A stretch of DNA of 64,000 nucleotides from Octopus sinensis (Eukaryota), in contig NC_043003.1 in the NCBI RefSeq assembly GCF_006345805.1, positions 55,304,001 to 55,368,000 on the forward strand, in the 5' to 3' direction. The position numbers and the translations under genes were made by a program. Under the pieces are notes generated by a model. That model was given only the letters and a program-made list of their open reading frames with translations, had not been told where the DNA came from and searched no databases. Shown here in pieces: positions 54,120-64,000 of this stretch. How positions within the stretch are numbered: the first letter of the stretch is position 1; each line of letters opens with the position of its first letter.

Positions 54120-54345
54120 GAGCTGGCGGAAACGGTAGCACGCCGGGCGAAATGCGAAGCTGTATTTCGTCTGCCGTTACATTCTGAGTTCAAATTCCGC
54201 CGAGGTTGACTTTGCCTTTCATCCTTTTGGGGTCGATAAATTAAGCACCAGTTACGCACTGGGGTCGTTGGAATCGACTTAATCGCTTTCTCTGTCTTTG
54301 TTTGTCCCCTCTGTGTTTAGTCCCTTGTGGGTAGTAAAAAAATAT
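54120..54345 (+). mobile_element. SINE family B monomer
   Basis: GAGCTGGCGGAAACGGTAGCACGCCGGGCGAAATG…GAGTTCAAATTCCGCCGAGG…CCCTTGTGGGTAGTAAA, the same unit as in 11365-11935. Confidence 0.85.
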
Positions 54346-56460
54346 ATATTATACCTGCATTTCAAAGGTTTAGCATCATTTTCATAATGTAATTATCAAA
54401 CTCTACGAGGGACGAAACAGCCTGGAAATAACATTAATTTTAGTTTAATCATTGTCCAGATTTGTCAGTACTTGCAATGGACGATGATACCACGAGTTGC
54501 TGTGAAGTGAAGCAGTTTGATATGATATCCTTACAACATAATATATTTACAACAACTGCAAGAAAACCCATTGTAACTACGTTGTTTCTGGTTCATTCCT
54601 ACTCGGAGCACCATAGTCCAATACATTCTATTATAGCACCGGGCCATCCAATGCATTGTGCGTTTGATAGACGGAGACTGTAAGAAATATTAACGCATAT
54701 CCTTGAGTGTAGATGTGAGTGTGTGGGTGTGTGTGTGCGCGCGCTCGTGCTGTGATTACCCGTCCACCAGTTGACAACCTATTCTGGTTTGTTTATGCCT
54801 GTAACATTGTGTGTGAGAGAAAATATATCGATAGAATAATTACCACAGTTCAAAATAAATACTGGGATTAATTTGTTCGACTAGATCTCTGAAGGCGGTG
54901 CCACATCATAGCCACAGTCTGATGACTAAAACAAATGAAAGATACAAGATGAAAGAACAGTAACTCTTCACACGGTGGATTCTTTAAGGAAACCTAAGTA
55001 GCTCTACCGCTCTGAAATAGAAAGCGTTTGGTAGGTTTTGGCAATGGGTTCAGAAATAAGCAATTGAGCTGGAGACAAAAGAAAGGTAAAACACCAGTGA
55101 GGTTTTGATTTACCCTGGAAAGATGAAAGTTGCAATCGTGCGTTTTACCATCGTCAGCATATTTGCAGGCCATTTTCTGGGGATATAGCAATACATAAAA
55201 GTAATATAATATTTCATATGAAATGTTGAGCAGATTTATAAGCTACCATGAAGTATGAGTGGAGGAATCAAAGAAACTATGATTAATGCTATTCTCGTTT
55301 CAAAAGTAAGTACTGAAGATAACTTCGCAAAAGAAATTGATCTTGTTTAGAACATCTTATCAATGTATAAACTTCAATGTATTTGAGCTACAGAGAATAA
55401 TTAAGTAATTGTGAAAATTGTATTTAGGTTCGTGTAGGAAGACTGAGTTATTAAGAGATAAAATTTTAGAGGAGATAGAAGAATAAAAAAAAACAATTAA
55501 AAGAAAGAGCAGGAAATTCCGCGATAAGGTATTTGATGCCTCAAGAAAGACAAACTTAAGGAAACATAATGAAATGTGTCATACGTACATTTATACATAC
55601 ATACATACATACATACATACATACATACATACATACATAAGTAAACAGATACACATATACGCGTTTCTACGTGTCTGTGCGCGTGTGTGTAGGAAAGATT
55701 TGCTGAATAATACTACATATTTATACATAGAAATGTTTTATTCGTATTGCTTATAGGGTTCTCACGAATTCCTTCATTGCATCCTGCAATTTGACTGGGA
55801 GGAAATAAAACCCCTCTTAATGAGGAGAAATGTGACATATATGGCTTATGTGGTATTGTGTATAACCAGACACTTCATTTTGTTACAGTATTGCTTAAAA
55901 CGGTTTAATAGTAAAATAGTCGCTCATATGAATGTCTCCGACAACTAAGTAGTTTTAATTACTTCATATGACGTTGAGAGTGTTGAAATATATCACTTTA
56001 AATGACTAAATCTGGAACAAAAGACAAGAGATGACATCACTGAAATTTGAGTTAATTACATATAATTAATTATAGAAATGTGTGCAGTTTTCTTGCTGCC
56101 TTGAGGAATGAATAGGAAAGCAACGTGTTGCTGAGGGTGACGGTAGTGTAGAGAGAACATAAAAGTTAACAATAAAGACGTTTTTAATTACCTCTGATGT
56201 TTCGAATTAAAAACTCTTTTACAAAAGAGAGAAATATATAAAGTACGTATCCATTGCTTTACCATATCGAATACTTGTGTGTGATATTCTAAATTCTATG
56301 CTCTAAGATGAAAAATATATGTGGCATTTTATTGAGTTCCATGTTTTAAGAATGAAAATAGTGCCAATGAAGCTATTATATGTAAATATATATTACATTC
56401 CAATGAGTAAGATTCTGCTCAAATTAAATGAATATTAATTGATAATATGAATACAATATG

Positions 56461-56815
56461 AAACAAGAGGAGTCAGAGAGCGCATACCTCTGCTAAGAAA
56501 ACACCAGCGTCCTCTCAACGATTAACCGGAGATGATTTTTAAAATGAGAATATCTGAAATGAACTCGTCCGTTCTCACAAACGAGAATACTAAAAGTGAA
56601 GCTGACGAAGTTCAGAAATGAAAGGAAAAATAGTCCAAAATCTTTGTCTGGGACCGGATAGATCCCAAAATCTAATCCATTCGTGACAGTCACGAGGTCA
56701 AACATCCCTGCAAATTTCATCCGAAACCAAGCAGCGGTTCTTGAGATATCTTGCCCATGGACAAACAAACAAACAAACACGACTGAAAAAGAATACTTCC
56801 GCCTTCGGTAAGATT
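56461..56815 (+). mobile_element. Non-autonomous element resembling molluscan pearl/DINE-1 (Helentron-associated) repeats
   Basis: Starts AACAAGAGG…GCGCATACCTCTGCTAAG, has an internal AAATTTCATCC…GGTTCTTGAGATATC segment and an (ACAA)n microsatellite, and ends AATACTTCCGCCTTCGG. Family assignment is from recalled layout only. Confidence 0.45.
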
Positions 56816-56922
56816 TGTCTTGAAATAATAACTCCTCGCGTACATATCAGTGGCCCCTGATGCATAGACCAAGGTAAACAACCACATGATATTAATATAT
56901 ATATAAGCAACAGGATCTCATG

Positions 56923-57008
56923 TAGTGATGCAGTACGACCGTTTCAAGCGGTTCCATTTAATTGAACAGATAAATGGACTCGCTTGAAATGGTCGTACTG
57001 CATCACTA
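56923..57008. repeat. Near-perfect hairpin, 38-bp stem, 10-nt loop
   Basis: 56923-56960 pairs with 56971-57008: 35 Watson-Crick pairs, 2 G-U, 1 mismatch. Confidence 0.9.
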
Positions 57009-57133
57009 ATTGATATCATATTGCTTATTATGATTTTATTCATCATACTTCGAGCTGTGCGGATAATACAGGACTGACTTGGTGATTCAACTTAATTACC
57101 TATATATATATAAATATAAATATATATATAGCA

Positions 57134-57215
57134 GTCGTCGTGGCCGAGTGGTTAAGGCGATGGACTAGAAATCCATTGGGGTCACTCCGCGTAGGTTCGA
57201 ATCCTATCGGCGACG
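57134..57215 (+). tRNA. tRNA-Ser (anticodon AGA)
   Basis: 82 nt. Acceptor stem GTCGTCG/CGGCGAC with discriminator G; TGGCCGAGTGGTTAAGGC D-arm; ATGGA-CTAGAAA-TCCAT anticodon arm; long variable arm GGGG-TCA-CTCC; GTAGG-TTCGAAT-CCTAT T arm. Confidence 0.95.
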
Positions 57216-57221
57216 AAGAGA

Positions 57222-57227
57222 TTTTTT
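57222..57227 (+). terminator. Pol III terminator (T6)
   Basis: TTTTTT six nucleotides downstream of the tRNA 3' end. Confidence 0.8.
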
Positions 57228-59584
57228 AATTTTTCTACTAATGAATTTAATGTTTGATTTTCATGCTTGTGACTTCTCTCCTATTTTAAATGGCGGTGCC
57301 CCAGCATGGCCACAGCTCGTGAGCTGAAACTAGAATCAATCAATATATATAATGCATATATTAAATATTAAATTAAATACGTAATTGAAAGTGCTACTAG
57401 TAGTTTCGTGATATTATGATACTTAAACAAGCATATATATAAAATACGCTGTGGGACTTAAAGCAATCTATGAGGCTCTGTTTACACGTTATATTTAATT
57501 TCAATATATATATATATATATATATACAGTATATGTGAGTGTGTCTATTTGTATATATAGTTACACACACACGTACACAAAATCGTCAGTGCACACACAC
57601 ACACACGCACACAAACTCATACACAAACAAACACACATATCCGTTATTTCAAGCATTGAAAATTGTATTTTATTTTAACTTCATAATTAATTAAATAGTT
57701 CTAAGTTAACATTTTTTAGTTATTATTATGTTTTCACTTTTGTGTTTGTTATTTATCGTATTTAATATTCAACGAATATTATTACTATGTTGTATAGCAC
57801 ACTGGTCTTTTTTGATTAAATTTAGATCGACTCAAGTTTGATCTTTTGCGGTAACAAAGTGGCTTCGTAGATATAATGCTCTTATTGGACTTACTCCGCA
57901 AAAGACTTGTGTATCAGAAGTAATTTTTGTGATAATTTCTAATATTGTGTTTAATTATTATTTTGCCAAAATATGTATCATTGCCTTTTTGCTCAACTGT
58001 AATTGCAGCAAGTTATATTTATGCGTATAATATCTAAACTTAAACTGAGTTATTGTTAGTCTGATGCAATTTATACCGTTTTGTTAAATGTTCTAGTATT
58101 TTGGCTGCGCATGGAATAGATATTTACAATTTGTCACTCATAGAACACAGGGTTCTATGTTATACGGTTACATACAGTTACATATTGCGGATTTAATTTA
58201 ATTTCTATTCTGGTACTTTGAATTATTAATTTTGCTTTAAATAATTATTGTAGAAATTATAACGCGTGAGAAGATATACGTTACCACAACTTTTTGGCTA
58301 AAGCGGTTTCTGTTTTGAGTTCAAATCACTACTAGGTCAAATCCAACTTACATCTTTAAGGGATGAACTGAACTAGTGCAACAGTCAAGAAATGAAGTCA
58401 ATATTATCGACTGCCTCCACACCCAAACGATCTATTTTAAACTATTGTAAGAAATTGCTTATGGATTATGTTGTCTTAATGTAAAGTCGGAAGCTTAGAT
58501 TACGCGAGTGAATACTGAAAACTATTCACTTCTGGTGATCAATAGAAACGTTGTACAAGATGTGGAGCATATTTCGAACCAAGATATTGATACCGTAAAC
58601 GTTATGCTTTAGATTATAGGCCTACGTTATATCCACTACAGAAGCCAATGATGACAAATGCTTACGAATTCGAAAGAAATCAGCTGAATTAGAATATACA
58701 ACGGTAAATTGAAATAAGAAGTGCAGGTACTAAGACTGTCTAAATTATGCCCACAGAAGGAACCCAAGCAAATTAATAGTTGAGTAATCAAAATTATTTA
58801 AAAAAAATTATATTTGTATGTGTGTGTATATGTGCGTGTGTGCGTGAGTGTCTAGGTGTGTGTATGTATCTACTCACACAGACACCTACATACATACACA
58901 CACACATACAAAGAGGAAGCACGTGGCTTGATGTTTAGAGGTGTTGCCCTCATGATCCTAAAATTGGGTTTCAATTCCTGGATTGGGACGATACGTTGTG
59001 TTTTACTCTCCTTTCCCTTTTCTCGAGTCCGTATAAATGGCAGACTGCTACTACTGTCATTTCAGTCACTGGTAATTCAGACACATAAGACAGCTAAAAG
59101 CAAGCACGTGGATTCTGTTGAGACCAGTAAGAAACAATAATGAACTTTTTATTACACTTAACTTTTTAAAATATTTTTGATAAGGTTCGTTTTTTCAAGA
59201 AGAACAGAAACATGTAAAATTTCTAAGGAAATTAAAATTTATCTTATATAGTGGCGTTTTCAAACTTCTTTTATTTATATATATATATATATATAATTTC
59301 AACAATTGAGGGTAAAATTAATTAATTAATTAATCAATTTCACCAAGTATTCAGTATGCAAAGGGACCATTTAAGGCGAATTCAAATTATTACATTATAT
59401 AAAAGGGCTTAGTAAAATAAATTACTTTGCCGCATACTGAACTCGTTAGAAATAGCAGCTAAAAAAACTTTTTATAAAACTATTTCTAACACTTAAAGAA
59501 AACCTCTCTCATATAGTGTTTGCTCAATTCAACTCAAGGAAGTATGGGGGTAGAGACATTAAAAAATCAAATGCAAAGGTTATT

Positions 59585-59637
59585 TGAGTACGTACGTTTC
59601 AAGATTAGTCAAAATCGACCCTTCTCTCATCAGCTCA
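59585..59637 (-). ncRNA. Minimal type I hammerhead ribozyme, mirror copy
   Basis: Exact reverse complement of 59734-59786. Confidence 0.8.
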
Positions 59638-59733
59638 GAATGCCCTTGTTTGAATTTGAAAACACTGAAAACACTGAAAGCCGAAAGGGTATGCTCCCAT
59701 TTTCAGTGTTTTCAAATTCAAACAAGGGCATTC

Positions 59734-59786
59734 TGAGCTGATGAGAGAAGGGTCGATTTTGACTAATCTTGAAACGTACGTACTCA
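59734..59786 (+). ncRNA. Minimal type I hammerhead ribozyme, intact catalytic core
   Basis: Stem I TGAG/CTCA; CTGATGA (59738-59744); stem II GAGA/TCTT plus GTCG/TGAC; GAAA (59771-59774); palindromic stem III ACGTACGT; GUA site with predicted cleavage after 59782. Confidence 0.8.
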
Positions 59787-60158
59787 AATAACCTTTGCAT
59801 TTGATTTTTTAATGTCTCTACCCCCATACTTCCTTGAGTTGAATTGAGCAAACACTATATGAGAGAGGTTTTCTTTAAGTGTTAGAAATAGTTTTATAAA
59901 AAGTTTTTTTAGCTGCTATTTCTAACGAGTTCAGTATGCGGCAAAGTAATTTATTTTACTAAGCCCTTTTATATAATATATATATATATATATATATAAA
60001 TATTTATATATTTAAATATATATGTATATATACCAACAACATGATTCCGGGTTCAGTTCTACTGCGTGCCAACCTGGGTAAGTGTCTTCAACTATAGCCT
60101 TGGTGCAACCAAAACCTTGTCAGTGGATTCGATAGACGGAAACTGAAAGAAGTCCGTC

Positions 60159-60228
<70 letters not shown>

Positions 60229-60914
60229 CATGCATGCACACACACATACACTTACATAGAATATATACATGCGCACACTATGGGGTGCCGCTAATACTGT
60301 AATTACCACACCGTACAGCGCACTCTACAGTAAGCAATAATCCTCTGCTCGCTCAAAGACTCTCTTCATTTGCAAACAATAACCGTGTTACCGATGTATA
60401 TATTTATGGTCATGTCATCTTTTCACTGAATTCAATAACGCCATTATACATTTGGTGCTTCACATTAATATTTCCTGGTTTAACATTATAAATAACCTTC
60501 GACTATCAATATTCTGCACAGGATTCCCTGTTAGTATAAGCGCTTATATTATGTAATTATATAAATATAGACATGTTTAACCACACAAAAACGCAGACGG
60601 TATCAGAAAATCTCATATAAAACCGATACGCGAACGCCACTAACTTAATGGACAGGTGTATGTTTATGTATGTGACTATGCATATATCTGTGTGTGTGTG
60701 CTTGTGTGCCTCTCTGCGTCTGTGCATGTGTGTGTGTGTCTTTGTGTGTGTATGTGTGTGTGTGTTTGTAACAAAGATAACAGCAGCAATAACGAATAGC
60801 AATAGAACTTGGTTATCGTCACCCCTTTACTGCGTGTTTCGTGTTGCTGCTTTCCGAAGTCACTATTCACCCTTAAAAAAATCCCAGCGTTAACGTTTGC
60901 ATGTCTATATTGAT

Positions 60915-61330
60915 TAGGTTATTGTACTCGCAACTGGCAGATCGTGGGTTCGATTCAATGACTGGCCGACGCACTTTTTTCTTGAACAAAATGCGTCATT
61001 TTACGTTGCTCCAGCCCCCTTGGATTGTTGGCCTGCTTGCCTAGCCAACGGAATGGCATCATTGTGATGAGCGATTTGTACCAACATCTGATAGCCTTGT
61101 CAGTCACGTGATCAGGATCTGCTCAGTGTGGCTCACTTAATTTGAAACTTCGTATACTGGTGTCACCCTGTATGTCAGGCTGAATATCCCCGAGAACTAC
61201 GTTAAGAGTACACGTGTCTGTGGAGTGCTCAGCCGCTTGCACGTTAATTTCACGAGCAGGCTGTTCCGTTGAGCGGAGCAACTGGAACCAACTGGTACCC
61301 TCATCGTCGTAACCGACAGAGTACCGCGTT
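60915..61330 (+). mobile_element. SINE family E (tRNA-derived head)
   Basis: B-box GGGTTCGATTC near 60947; body …TTTTACGTTGCTCCAG…GCACGTTAATTTCACGAGCAGGCTGTTCCGTTG…CATCGTCGTAACCGAC. A related copy lies at 40965-41200. Confidence 0.7.
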
Positions 61331-62140
61331 CATTCTTAAATCATGTGGAACATTGGTGTAAAGGCTAAGTAATGAACTAAGCAGAAGTGACTTCGATATA
61401 TATATATATATATCTGTAAATGTATTATGAGACAATTATTCGGTAGCCACGACAAAAATCCGAGTTTCGGATGCCGAGGTGGAAATCCACGCGGCCAACT
61501 CTTCACTTTTCCGGCCATCGGAAAAATGCTATGAACAACGAACGTTATACGAAGGGAAATTAGTGTGTGTTTGACGTTATTAAGACAAAAGTGCTATTCG
61601 AATGACCGCCAATTTAGGGGGTAAAAAATGTCATAGTATTCGCGTAAGCGCGCCTGTCATACATACACATGTGCGCCTGCACACTCACGTGCGTGCGCCA
61701 ACAGTATTCATTCCTATATATATATTAGTACCTGTGTATGTGTGCTTCTGTGTTTTGTGTATGTGTGTGTGCGCGGCTGCGCGGGCGTGTGAGTGTGCGT
61801 GTGTTTAGATATAATTTACACAATACATACTTTAGAATATCCAATTACTGCATACGACTCTATTCTGCAGTCAACATTTATATCAGTCTCGTGATTATGT
61901 TTTCAATATCATTTCTCTAACAGAGATTAATTATTCTAGCTACTAGTGCGTATGCAATACAAACGCTTATGCTCACTGTCACAGGTATACCAAGACATAT
62001 TCTTATGTACATATGACACTATATATATATATATATATATATGCGAGTGTGTGTGTGTGTTAGTGTGTGTGTGTGTGTGTGTGAGTGTGTGTAAACATCT
62101 GCTTGACTACCGAATCTATCTATCTATATTTATATATATG

Positions 62141-62172
<32 letters not shown>

Positions 62173-62529
62173 TGTATGTATGTATGTATGTATGTATGTA
62201 TATATATAATGTCTACGTCTGGGTATTTATATGAAGCCCTTTTTGACAGTTGAATATCAGTTACAAAATTGTCCTCCTGCCTGAGAGACCTTACAACATG
62301 CAATCAAGCAATATGCACTGGTAATTAGGGATATACATCAATTACCGATTATGCCAATGTTTAAACATAGATTATTAAGATATGCCATACGCAGATTGAT
62401 AGAAATGAAATATTTCCCGACTATACATTTACAAGTAAGACACTTAGGATATTGTATTTCACCATTTTACCGTGGCATTAAGTATATGGGATAAATCTGT
62501 CTGTCTATCTGTCTGTCTCTCTTTCTCTT

Positions 62530-62570
<41 letters not shown>

Positions 62571-62583
62571 ATGTGTGTGTGTG

Positions 62584-62623
<40 letters not shown>

Positions 62624-63464
62624 TGTATCTATCTATCTATCTACATATCTCTCCACCTGTCTATCGACTTATATGCGAACTTTACCTTAGTCAAAATACA
62701 TTTGTGACGTATTTCAACTCTCAAAGGCAAATTCACTGCAGTTACCTCGGAAAAAAATGTCTCACTTGTTGTAAAAAGTGTTAAAAAGATGATCTCTGTT
62801 CACTGATGCTCCCTATCGGATTCCCAGAGGCGTGTCTAGCTCATTGGCTATTATCAATGAAAATATTCCGAAGACAGTTAATTCTGTATAGATTTTAAAT
62901 CCGCAGCTTTAATTAAAACGCAGTTCTCAACAATGAATCGGTAGCACTATGAGACCGCCTGTTCGGAAGAAATCCAACAGTATCAGCATCAAGCAGTGTT
63001 TATGCTATTCTAGTTGTGTTAGTTGAAACATGTTTGTAACTCAATTCAACTTCTGAAGGCAAATTCAGTCACCGCGGGAAGGCAAATTCAGTCACTGTGG
63101 GGAAAATTCTAAAAAGTGTTAAAACATCATATCTTCCTAGTGCTCTCCCTGTTGGATTTCCAGATGCGTTAGTAGCTCGCTAAAACAGAGCAGATTTTAA
63201 AACCGTCGGTTTGGTATTTGAATAAATCCATTACAAAATTTAGAAGCGACTACTATACATTTTGAGAGGCAGGTGCATTTTCAAAACTAAGAAGAAATTC
63301 TCCGTTACTTTCTTCTGCGTGAGAATACACACACACACACACACACATACACACACACACACATACACACACACGCACGCACGCACACACACACACACAC
63401 ACACACACATTGTTCGTGCGTGGATGCTTGAATGTGTCTATATAAATATATATATTTTATTTAT

Positions 63465-63768
63465 GCGCCTTTTTCAAGTCTAGCCAGGCTCATGGGCCCG
63501 GTTTCCCAGTTCTATGGCGTATATGTTCCTCCCACCTGGATGGGACGCCAGTCCATCGTAGCGTTACTCAAGAAACAGGAAGAAAGAGTGAGAGGAATTT
63601 GGGGCGAAAGAGTACAACAGGGGTCACCACCACCCCCTGCCGGATCCTCGCAGAGCTTTGGGTGTTTTCACTCAATAAACACACACAACGCATGATCTGG
63701 GAATCGAAGCCGCGATCTTTCAACCGCGTGTCCGCTACCTGAACCACTGGGCCATTGCGCCGCCACAT
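63465..63768 (-). mobile_element. SINE family C copy
   Basis: …CCAGGCTCATGGGCCCGGTTTCCCAG…CCCACCTGGATGGGACGCC…CTGAACCACTGGGCCATTGCGC is the reverse complement of the 48050 head and body. Confidence 0.8.
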
Positions 63769-64000
63769 AAATATATATGTGTGTGTTTGTGTATTTATGT
63801 GTGTATGTGTCAGAGAGAAAAGGAGATAGAGAGAGTTAGAGAGGTAGTGAGTGAGAAAGAGGGAGGGAGAGAGGAAAGGAGAATGTGTATGTAAATATCA
63901 ATTTCTCAAATTTACCTGCTTCCAATCAAGGTACATAAGTTACGGTAGAAACCACTTACTAGATAGATTCCTTACTAGTAAGTGGACGACTCACGACTAA

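Larger units (their letters stand above)
59394..59977. repeat. Perfect palindrome, 278-bp arms, 28-bp spacer (probable inverted PLE terminal repeats)
   Basis: 59394-59671 is the reverse complement of 59700-59977; the identical ORFs 59520..59741(+) and 59630..59851(-) confirm the symmetry. Both outward ends run into (AT)n. Confidence 0.95.

Noticed and set aside
59520-59851. Two identical 73-aa ORFs on opposite strands
   Set aside because: A by-product of the palindrome; each reads through the antisense ribozyme arm and the spacer.

Overview
Repeat-saturated, AT-rich eukaryotic (metazoan) genomic DNA. The dense (AT)n/(CA)n/(TATG)n/(GATA)n/(ATT)n microsatellites and the SINE families resemble those of coleoid cephalopods (Octopus-like); this assignment is inference from recalled repeat sequences. 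No complete protein-coding gene can be supported. Solid features are: one intact tRNA-Ser(AGA); a Neptune-like Penelope-like retroelement (PLE) with RT and GIY-YIG remnants in an inverted-arm structure; CR1-clade, RTE-clade and R4/Dong-clade LINE fragments; Tigger and hAT transposase remnants; and at least five interspersed SINE/repeat families. A few splice-bounded exon candidates may belong to unidentified host genes. The main discovery is a recurring architecture: head-to-head fold-back (palindromic) elements whose arms carry minimal type I hammerhead ribozyme motifs. One pair has a fully intact core (59394-59977). One pair has complementary lesions (19809-19999). The pair inside the PLE has a U3-A8 covariant core (29391-29429 and 31593-31633). 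Three more near-perfect hairpins are also present. Most ORFs in the supplied track are microsatellite translations.
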